Shown in pieces: positions 1 to 7,815 of a stretch of DNA of 64,000 nucleotides. The position numbers and the translations under genes were made by a program. The number at the start of each line of letters is the position of its first letter. The stretch's first letter is position 1. Source of the stretch: Candidatus Heimdallarchaeota archaeon (lineage in GTDB: Archaea > Asgardarchaeota > Heimdallarchaeia > Hodarchaeales > Hodarchaeaceae); NCBI GenBank assembly GCA_048881705.1, contig JBHLSH010000007.1, positions 1 to 64,000 on the forward strand. The letters run 5' to 3'. The notes under the pieces were generated by a model. It was not told the origin of the DNA and did no database searches. It saw nothing but the letters and a program-made list of their open reading frames with translations.

Positions 1-282
1 CCGCGTGTAAGAGAAAGGTTATTCGACACATATCATCTTCTCTCAGAATGGTTGACCTTTCCTCCAGAAATTGAGATAGCCGGAGTAAAATATCAATCGA
101 TAATAAATTCATACCCAAGTTACTGGATACTGAACAGCCTCCAAGATATAGGTTCTATCGTGCTACAGCTAAATCAGAAACTAGGCTACTACTTTCTATG
201 TTATTTACGTCAGGATCAAGACCCCATTTTAAAACAACGAGATACTAAGAAGATGGCGGATCTGTTCGGTGTAACGAAATAG
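1..282 (+). CDS. Hypothetical protein, C-terminal part (frame is open from the window edge)
   Basis: Frame 1 has no stop from base 1 (PRVRERLFDTYHLLSEWLTFPPE...) to TAG at 282. It abuts the next gene at 284. Confidence 0.5.
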   Translation, partial: PRVRERLFDTYHLLSEWLTFPPEIEIAGVKYQSIINSYPSYWILNSLQDIGSIVLQLNQKLGYYFLCYLRQDQDPILKQRDTKKMADLFGVTK

Positions 283-283
283 A

Positions 284-1726
284 ATGGTAAGTTACATGAT
301 TCAAAACAAAAACCTTGAGAAATTTAGACATATTTTTCGTGCTTATGACGTCCGTGGCAAGTATTCTACAGAAATCACTCCAGATATTCATTTTCGGATC
401 GGAATTGCGTTTGGTGCCTTTATAAGCAACAAAGGGATCAGAAAGAGGGAGGATTTTGTATATGTCTCATATGATGTCCGACGGACGAGTTCAATGCTTG
501 CCTCTGCTTTTATAGCAGGATTAATGTCGACTGGGATTAATGTTGAATACTCGGGTACTCCCATGCAATTTGGAGCCTGTTTATTCTCTGCTTGGCGACA
601 GGGAGCATACGCAACCGCGTATGTAACAGCGAGTCATTTACCTCCAGAGTGGAACGGGATAAAATTCTACTATGGTAACGGAGTAGGGTTTTCTGAAGAA
701 GATAACATTAAAATTCGCGATATTTTCTTAATGAACAACCTTTCACACAAAATGGTCTCTTGGGAGTCTACGGGCAAAGTGATAATCCGTAATCTGGAGC
801 AAGAATATATCAAATATCTCTCAGGATTTTTTAACAAAATTAAACCACTTAAAATTGTATTAGATTGCGGGAATGGTTCATCCTGCCTTTCAGCACCTGC
901 AATGTTGAGAGAGATAGGCCTAGACGTAATTAATTTGTACTGTGATGTAGATCCAACCTTTCCAAATCGGCCCTCGGAACCGAATGAAAGTTCACTAAAT
1001 TCTTTAGCTGTTAAGGTTAAAGAAACTTCTGCTGATTTTGGTGTAGGATTTGATGGAGATGGGGATCGGGCAGTCGTAGTTGATGATCTTGGCCGTGTTA
1101 TTCAATCCGATCTTACTGGTTTAATATTAGCGCAATACATGCTTAAAAAAACCCCAAATTTGAACCGTGTTATCATTAACGTGGAATGCTCAATTGTTAT
1201 TGAAAAAGAACTCTTAGGAAGAGGTGCCATTGTTGATAGGATCCAGGTTGGCCACACGTTTCTCACAGCAGCAGCACAAAGTCACCCAGATACGCTTATT
1301 GGAATAGAAAGCAGCGGGCATATGGTATTTCCTGGAATCTATTTGTTTGATGATGCCATGATAATACCATTAATGATAGCCGAGGTTCTTACTTTTCAGA
1401 AAGCATCACTATCTAGTATTGTAGATCAACTCCCTAAATTATCCACCAGTAAAATTGCGGTCCCAGCGCCTGATCTTGTAAAATTTGATGTTATTGATGG
1501 TTTATTAGGCAGGTTAAGAAAGGAATACCCTAAGATTAATGACATTGATGGTATTGGCATTTCATTGGATGAAGACTCATGGGTGCTAATTCGAGCTAGC
1601 AATACCAGTCCGAAGATTCGAATTATTGCAGAAGGAACGTCAGAAAGTCAAGTTCAGGAAATTATTCAGTCTTTCAAAGATATTCTTGTGAAAGAAATTC
1701 AAAGAACGTCTAGGAGAGAGCATTAA
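284..1726 (+). CDS. Phosphomannomutase/phosphoglucomutase (alpha-D-phosphohexomutase)
   Basis: N-terminal FRAYDVRG, phosphoserine loop TASHLPPEWNGIKF, metal loop FDGDGDR, GIESSGH, C-terminal LIRASNTSP. Confidence 0.93.
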   Translation: MVSYMIQNKNLEKFRHIFRAYDVRGKYSTEITPDIHFRIGIAFGAFISNKGIRKREDFVYVSYDVRRTSSMLASAFIAGLMSTGINVEYSGTPMQFGACLFSAWRQGAYATAYVTASHLPPEWNGIKFYYGNGVGFSEEDNIKIRDIFLMNNLSHKMVSWESTGKVIIRNLEQEYIKYLSGFFNKIKPLKIVLDCGNGSSCLSAPAMLREIGLDVINLYCDVDPTFPNRPSEPNESSLNSLAVKVKETSADFGVGFDGDGDRAVVVDDLGRVIQSDLTGLILAQYMLKKTPNLNRVIINVECSIVIEKELLGRGAIVDRIQVGHTFLTAAAQSHPDTLIGIESSGHMVFPGIYLFDDAMIIPLMIAEVLTFQKASLSSIVDQLPKLSTSKIAVPAPDLVKFDVIDGLLGRLRKEYPKINDIDGIGISLDEDSWVLIRASNTSPKIRIIAEGTSESQVQEIIQSFKDILVKEIQRTSRREH

Positions 1727-1780
1727 TAAATCTGTATCTTCTGGGACAATATCTAATCCTGTTCCTTTAGTGATGTCAGC

Positions 1781-3106
1781 GTGAAAACGAGGAGAATCTC
1801 TAGTTTTACCCTTCTTCTATTAATTGTTCTTTTCATCACTAGCATGTGGTTTAAAGTCATAGTGCCCGAGGAACTATCTGCCAAGAAAGAAAACTTAACG
1901 AACTCACCAAAAGCATTGTGGAACCAGTCCTATGGAGTTACTGGAGGGGGAGACGCCCCAGATCTCATCCAAACTAATGATGGGGGGTTTGCGCTTGCGG
2001 GTTCCACTGGGGTAGGGAATGCTTATGGGAGCGAAATGTGGTTAGTAAAAACCGATGATGAGGGAGTTGTACAATGGACTCATACTTACGGAGGACTTGC
2101 CGCTGATTGGGCTAGCGCTCTCATCCAGACAACAGACGGAGGGTATGTCCTTGCAGGTAATACACGGTCGTACGGCGGCGGTGCAGGGGATATGTGGTTA
2201 GTAAAAACTAATGCTATTGGAGTTGCTTTATGGAGCCAAACTTATGGAGGATTCGAGACTGATGAGGCTTCTGCCCTCGTTCAAACTGCGGATGGTGGTT
2301 TTGCGATCGCAGGCTTTACGTCCTCGTTTTATTTGGGTGGTTTTGACATGATGTTGGTGAAAACCAACAGTAATGGGACCGAAGAGTGGATCCAGACTTT
2401 TGGGGGAAAACAAAACCAATTTATCAATTCTGATGATTATGCTACCGCCCTGATCCAAACTACGGATGGCGGTTTTGCCCTCGCGGGGTACAATGTTTCA
2501 TTCGATCAGGGGAGTGATATGTGGTTGGTAAAAACCGATAGGAATGGAAATGCCATATGGAACCAGAGTTATGGAGGTAGAGGTGGTGATGAAGCCTACG
2601 CTGTGATCCAAACACTTGATGGTGGCTTTGCCCTTGTTGGAGTAACCGGGTCATTTGGTGCTGGAGGTGGGGACATGTGGTTTGTAAAAACCAATGCGGA
2701 TGGAGTTATGCAATGGAGCCAAACTTATGGTGGAACTGGATCTGAATGGGCTAGGACTCTCATTCAAACAAGTGATGGAGGATTCGCCATCGCAGGTCTT
2801 ACAGGATCCTTCGGCAATGGCGGAGGGGATATGTGGCTAGTAAAAACTAACGTTGATGGAAAAATTTTGTGGAGCGAGACCTATGGAGGCCCTGAATCTG
2901 ATTGGGCTAGCGCCATGCTTCAAACAGCTGATGGGAGCTTTGTTCTCGCAGGTTTAACAGGATCGTTTGGTACTAGTGGTAGAGACATGTGGCTTGTTAA
3001 AACTATCGGAGGTTCAGACTACAACGGGCCCAATACAAGTCCCCTTCTTTTGGTTTTCGTTATAATTTTACTTTTGACAATTTCCTGGTATAGAAATCGG
3101 AAATAG
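1781..3106 (+). CDS. Secreted, membrane-anchored 7-repeat beta-propeller protein
   Basis: N-terminal hydrophobic signal/TM, seven ~50-aa repeats (W-x-x-TYGG...TxDGGFALAG...DMWLVKT), C-terminal TM followed by YRNRK. Confidence 0.8.
   Translation: MKTRRISSFTLLLLIVLFITSMWFKVIVPEELSAKKENLTNSPKALWNQSYGVTGGGDAPDLIQTNDGGFALAGSTGVGNAYGSEMWLVKTDDEGVVQWTHTYGGLAADWASALIQTTDGGYVLAGNTRSYGGGAGDMWLVKTNAIGVALWSQTYGGFETDEASALVQTADGGFAIAGFTSSFYLGGFDMMLVKTNSNGTEEWIQTFGGKQNQFINSDDYATALIQTTDGGFALAGYNVSFDQGSDMWLVKTDRNGNAIWNQSYGGRGGDEAYAVIQTLDGGFALVGVTGSFGAGGGDMWFVKTNADGVMQWSQTYGGTGSEWARTLIQTSDGGFAIAGLTGSFGNGGGDMWLVKTNVDGKILWSETYGGPESDWASAMLQTADGSFVLAGLTGSFGTSGRDMWLVKTIGGSDYNGPNTSPLLLVFVIILLLTISWYRNRK
1915..3005 (+). 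repeat. Seven intragenic ~150-nt coding repeats (propeller blades)
   Basis: Recurring DNA words such as atgtggttagtaaaaac and gatggnggntttgc, matching seven DMWLVKT-type motifs. Confidence 0.8.
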
Positions 3107-3250
3107 AACGCCTCCAACGGTTTCTTTAATGGTGAAGGTTCTAATTTAATGGAAAGTTAGTTCAGGCCCCTAGGACCAGAAAGAGCAAAAAAATCAAATA
3201 AAGAAAAAAAAACACACCTTCCGCTCTTAATGATGACGGATTGAATAAAA

Positions 3251-3949
3251 ATGGATTTAAAAATCGGGTTAATTGGTGGAACAGGCCCTCAGGGGCAGGG
3301 TTTGAGTCTCCGTTGGGGATTGGCAGGGGAACCCATCATAATGGGATCGAGAAGACAGGAGAAGGCTGATAGGATTTCTTCCGACGTGAATACCAAGCTG
3401 GGGAAAAATCTTGTCACTCCTATGATCAATGAAGCATGTGTACGAGAGTCAGATATAGTTCTTCTGTCCGTACCTTTTGAATTTGCCCTAAGTACTCTTC
3501 GGCCTCTAGAGAAATACTTGACATCTGATAAAATCTTAGTCGATGTAACTGTCCCTCTGAAACCTTTTGAAAAAGGAAAGATGGTAGATCTCCTTCCAGA
3601 ACTTGAAGGTGGAGCTTTAAGTGCGACCGAGTTGATAAGAAGAGAAATTAAACCAGAAGTTCCAGTAGTAGGAGCAATAAAAACGCTATCAAACACCACT
3701 TTGTTGGATATAGATAGATTACCCCTATTGAATCAAGATGTTTATGTTTTTGGCAAAAGTAAACATGCAAAACATCTAGTAAAGGAAAAGGTTGAATTAA
3801 TCCGAAATCTCCGTGCCGTGGATTCAGGGGGTACAAAATCGGCCCGGCATATTGAGCACTTTACTGCCTTCTTAATTGGATTAAATCGCCGTTATAAAAC
3901 GCATGATGCTGGTTTCTCCGTGACAGGCCTTCCACAACGCGATTGGTGA
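3251..3949 (+). CDS. npdG: F420H2:NADP+ oxidoreductase (NADPH-dependent F420 reductase)
   Basis: Rossmann motif IGLIGGTGPQGQGL, IIMGSR, ILVDVTVPL, and a C-terminal segment resembling the family's LNxxY motif (LIGLNRRYK). Confidence 0.9.
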   Translation: MDLKIGLIGGTGPQGQGLSLRWGLAGEPIIMGSRRQEKADRISSDVNTKLGKNLVTPMINEACVRESDIVLLSVPFEFALSTLRPLEKYLTSDKILVDVTVPLKPFEKGKMVDLLPELEGGALSATELIRREIKPEVPVVGAIKTLSNTTLLDIDRLPLLNQDVYVFGKSKHAKHLVKEKVELIRNLRAVDSGGTKSARHIEHFTAFLIGLNRRYKTHDAGFSVTGLPQRDW

Positions 3950-3976
3950 CATTTCCTTTTCGTTTTATCACTTATA

Positions 3977-5698
3977 TCAGAATTTTTTCCTTAATAAGGC
4001 GGATTCTTCACTTGTCAAATGATATAAACGAAATGTAAGCTCATTGATGCATCTTTGGATTGAGTTTTGGTTCCCTAATAGAGGCCGTATCCTTTTATAC
4101 ATATCAGACGTATCGCTGTGACCTCTTGTTATCCTTCGATAGATGTTATGAAATTCCTGGAAATATGTGTTGCTTTTCTTCTGAACAGGACGCGTTCTTA
4201 AGTTTTCCTGGATGATTGATTTGATCTTAGATCCGCAAATAATGAAATGTTCATAAAGTTCTCCAAGTAGAGATATTTCAGAATATTGCCCTTCCTGATT
4301 GGCAAATTCTAGTAAAGATTCGTAATCCAGTGAATCTAGGCTTAGCTCCCGCGAACTCGGATGAAACGGATACCCCTCGTTTGGAACTAGCGGGACTCGG
4401 ATTTTTTCAATATAAGCTCTGTCCAAATCCTTACTTGTGACAAACTGTTTGGTAAATACAACATGACGTAACCACCATTCAATTAATGATGACTGAAGGA
4501 TTGCAGCAAGAACATTCAGAGGAAAAATCGGTCGAGGATTCTTTATAATAACAGTTGTTTCGTGTGGTATGATATTTCCATCAACGTCAACCCAGGGATA
4601 GATGATAAAACTATATGGGTCAGTTCTATAGGGAAGGATACGTTGCAGGATTATTTTCGGGTGTAAATATCTGATTAATACCTTTGGAGGGGTTTCGCTT
4701 GAAACGTAGCTGCTTGAAGGAAAAAGAAATCCCCTTCCCATAGTTTTTTTTTCAATAAGTGGCAATCCTGACGATTGTACGCGATACCCACTGCTGATAC
4801 CTCTGTACGCTTCAACATCCAGAGATCGATATTTGGAGCTAAACAACTTACGAATTAAGGTTCTTTCGTTCTTCAATACCCCAACAAGAAAATTATCAGT
4901 AAGTAAAGCGTCTTGAACCAGTATATTCGATAAGGTTTGAACTGAATGCGTTATCTTATCATATAAGCATGCAATATACCTTGAATCAGGTTTTCTTTTG
5001 CTCATTATTAGGCCTATGTGTTCTTGATTTTGTAGGGCAAATTGATTCCCAAAATCAATCACATAATTGACTTTGTATTCTGTTAATATTAGTTTCCTTA
5101 ATCTATACCATCTTTGTGAGTATAAGAGAGGTTTGGGCAAAACAAAGCCAAGTAACCCACCATCATTTAATGAATCCAAGGCTAAAACGGTGAAAAATAT
5201 TGCCGATTCCTTTGGAAAGCGTTTGTTCATGCTACTAGGGATAAGAGATCTAATATATTCCCATTGAGAGGGAGAATAGCGGGCTGCATGTGGGGGGTTC
5301 CCCAGAATAATATCAAAACCCCATTCATTTTTTTTGCGGTCGTAAAGCTGAAAGAAATCTCCCACGAGATATTCGATCTCAAGGTTTCGAACCGATTTTT
5401 GTACATTCTTCAGCTCCAAGGCTTTAAGGATTGATTTTCGATCTATATCAATACCTAGGAGCCGATGAGTGCTCTTTTTGGTCGCAAGAAACCTTGAGTT
5501 TAATTCTTCTAAGAGGATTTCTAAAAATATGCCTTCCCCGACCGCGGGATCTAAAATATTCAATCCTTGTACTTTTTCCCTAGGAATAAGATCTAGAATA
5601 ATGTTTACGAGGCATTTGGCAATTGGCACAGGTGTGAAGTATTGCCCCATGGCCTTCTTGTTGTTTGGATTTGAAATACTAACTACATTTACCTCCAA
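3977..5698 (-). CDS. N6-adenine DNA methyltransferase, gamma class (TaqI/Eco57I-like), with NPPH motif IV
   Basis: GQYFTP, motif I ILDPAVGEGIF, GIDID, motif IV GNPPH, TRD-like region, C-terminal NELTFRLYHLTSEE helix typical of Eco57I-like MTases. TTG start. Confidence 0.8.
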   Translation of the reverse strand: MEVNVVSISNPNNKKAMGQYFTPVPIAKCLVNIILDLIPREKVQGLNILDPAVGEGIFLEILLEELNSRFLATKKSTHRLLGIDIDRKSILKALELKNVQKSVRNLEIEYLVGDFFQLYDRKKNEWGFDIILGNPPHAARYSPSQWEYIRSLIPSSMNKRFPKESAIFFTVLALDSLNDGGLLGFVLPKPLLYSQRWYRLRKLILTEYKVNYVIDFGNQFALQNQEHIGLIMSKRKPDSRYIACLYDKITHSVQTLSNILVQDALLTDNFLVGVLKNERTLIRKLFSSKYRSLDVEAYRGISSGYRVQSSGLPLIEKKTMGRGFLFPSSSYVSSETPPKVLIRYLHPKIILQRILPYRTDPYSFIIYPWVDVDGNIIPHETTVIIKNPRPIFPLNVLAAILQSSLIEWWLRHVVFTKQFVTSKDLDRAYIEKIRVPLVPNEGYPFHPSSRELSLDSLDYESLLEFANQEGQYSEISLLGELYEHFIICGSKIKSIIQENLRTRPVQKKSNTYFQEFHNIYRRITRGHSDTSDMYKRIRPLLGNQNSIQRCINELTFRLYHLTSEESALLRKKF

Positions 5699-5720
5699 AA
5701 GGAATAGGCATCATCCGGAA

Positions 5721-7697
5721 CTACTTATCAGACTCAAGCATTTTTTTGATTGTAAGAGCAGTATAGCTTTTTCCTGTTAAAACGTTTCCACCCAGAATTA
5801 TAATCCTGTTTTTTCCGTTTTGAATAATAGCTACTACGGATTCTAACTCATTTTGAAATCCAGGATCACTAGTATTAAGAGTGATCCCATTACATTGGTC
5901 CGGAATTGCTAAACAGGATGGATTCATCTCCATACGCTCCTTAAATCGATCGAAAACCTCCATATCAGCGTCACTACCAAGAATTGCGCCTTCGTCTCCC
6001 TCTCTAATCATTGAATTCCTCTGAGCTTGTTCCTTTGTCGCTGTCAGATTGATGAAGAAGGGGCCATATCTTATAAACCGTTTTGCCAGGAATTTCCTAT
6101 GATTGGGATGAGGAGGCAGATCCAGGTTTGTTCCGTCGAATATTACTATTGTTCGTCGATTTTTTCTTAGTAAACACATGCACAACCAGCGTGATAACAG
6201 GTAAGTGTGACGACTTTCCCATGGATGATATGTAGGGTTGTTATTGGTGTATATTTTCCGAATATGGTCCGTAGCCACAATCCGTACCAGTTGAGGATTC
6301 TTTCTTTGACACCTGAGAACGATCGGACGTACATTTGACAAGATTTCGTTAAGTTTCTCTAAGGTATTGCACTTGGGCTGTAGTTCGACCCTTTCTCTCA
6401 TTATATTCAGAGCTCGTCCTATCAGTTCTCGTTCTGAAGCGTTGTTTTTATTGAGAAACAACTGGTCAGTAACATTTTCACCATTTAATATCAAATCGCT
6501 GAGTTCTATTGGCGGATTATTGGCCGCTAACCGTTCGATTTCTAAAAAAATCTCTTTTGTGATGTTGGATTTCCCTCTAAAACCAATATCTTTGGCTATT
6601 TTAAACCACAAATAATCCTTGAGGTATTCTGGGCGAATTGTATAGAGAAATTTCCTCATCTGATATTCTTTGATTGATTTATCTCTCGAAAGTTCAACAG
6701 GAAAAGATTTTGCGTGTACGTTGAGGAGGTGCACGATCTGAGAGGCGGCCCTTTTAGGAAAACGTAAGTCTCTTAAAAGTCGTGTAACATAATCGTTGTC
6801 ACATTTTGGGAATATTCTGGAGGTATTATGGGGAATTGATGAAAGCTGATGTAGCAATGCAGCATATCTTAACCGAATCGAAGCATCAGAGGGTATTGCT
6901 TGTAATACATCAAAAGTAAGGGAAATTCGATCTTGTGATGAAGGTTTTAATTTCGTCTTCATCGCTTTGTGCGCGAAGTCGGGGTATATTTCATATAGGA
7001 GCCCACTTTTTTCCAAAGCAATTAAAGCTTGTTTCCAGTGGGGCGCTGACATCAACCGATCAAGTTCACCTTGAATACGTTCTATTGCAACTTTTACAAA
7101 GGTAGTGAAGTGGTGTGGTATGGCCCTCAATGTGATGGCCTCTATCTCAAATCCCAGCTGAGATACAAAGCGAAAAATCCTAAGGGCTCGTAATCCGTCC
7201 TCTTCTAATCTCTTATGTGGATCTCCAACCATTCGAAGGATTTGGGCCCTAATATCATCGATCCCTCCATAAGGGTCTAAGATCTCCTTCTTGAAAGGAT
7301 CGTATGCAATGGCATTACAGGTAAGATCCCTTCGAGCTAAATCCTGTTTGATATCATTTACAAATTCTACATTAGAAGGACGCCTTCCGTCATTATATCC
7401 CTCTTCAACGCGGAATGTTGTAACTTCAACGGGGTGATTGTTAACAAGAACAGTCACCGTTCCGTGTGGAAGACCAGTCGGAATAACACGGAATCCCAGT
7501 TTTTCTCGAAAGATTTGAATAGTTTCTGAAGGTTTGGAATCCGTAGCGACATCCCAGTCATCTGGCACGATGTTTCCTATTATTAAATCCCTAATTGAGC
7601 CTCCTACAAGATATACTTGCTTCTGGTGGGAGTTCAGATGTCCGCAGATTTCCCATATTTCCTGAGGAATCATATCGTCATTAATTGAGGCAACCAA
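5721..7697 (-). CDS. cca: Class II (bacterial-type) CCA tRNA nucleotidyltransferase with degenerate HD domain and C-terminal permuted P-loop kinase domain
   Basis: VYLVGGSIRD, DWD (DxD), flexible loop FRVEEGYNDGRRPS, DLARRDLTCNA, EDGLR (EDxxR), ERIQGEL. HD region reads AALLHQL. C-terminal ATDHIRK, DGTN, SDADMEVF and GGNVLTGKS. Confidence 0.87.
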   Translation of the reverse strand: MVASINDDMIPQEIWEICGHLNSHQKQVYLVGGSIRDLIIGNIVPDDWDVATDSKPSETIQIFREKLGFRVIPTGLPHGTVTVLVNNHPVEVTTFRVEEGYNDGRRPSNVEFVNDIKQDLARRDLTCNAIAYDPFKKEILDPYGGIDDIRAQILRMVGDPHKRLEEDGLRALRIFRFVSQLGFEIEAITLRAIPHHFTTFVKVAIERIQGELDRLMSAPHWKQALIALEKSGLLYEIYPDFAHKAMKTKLKPSSQDRISLTFDVLQAIPSDASIRLRYAALLHQLSSIPHNTSRIFPKCDNDYVTRLLRDLRFPKRAASQIVHLLNVHAKSFPVELSRDKSIKEYQMRKFLYTIRPEYLKDYLWFKIAKDIGFRGKSNITKEIFLEIERLAANNPPIELSDLILNGENVTDQLFLNKNNASERELIGRALNIMRERVELQPKCNTLEKLNEILSNVRPIVLRCQRKNPQLVRIVATDHIRKIYTNNNPTYHPWESRHTYLLSRWLCMCLLRKNRRTIVIFDGTNLDLPPHPNHRKFLAKRFIRYGPFFINLTATKEQAQRNSMIREGDEGAILGSDADMEVFDRFKERMEMNPSCLAIPDQCNGITLNTSDPGFQNELESVVAIIQNGKNRIIILGGNVLTGKSYTALTIKKMLESDK

Positions 7698-7780
7698 TGG
7701 TAATCAGCAGCCAGTACTATACCCTAATCAATGTACCTTCCGAGGGCGGCACAGTTTTAAGTCAAAATGATGGGATTCAG

Positions 7781-7788
7781 TTTATAAA
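7781..7788 (+). promoter_or_regulatory. Candidate archaeal TATA box (palindromic TTTATAAA) in the divergent cca/MTase spacer
   Basis: TTTATAAA ends 27 nt before the ATG at 7816, consistent with a leaderless or short-leader archaeal transcript. Confidence 0.4.
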
Positions 7789-7815
7789 ACCGTTTATTAC
7801 CCGTTATTTTTAAGT

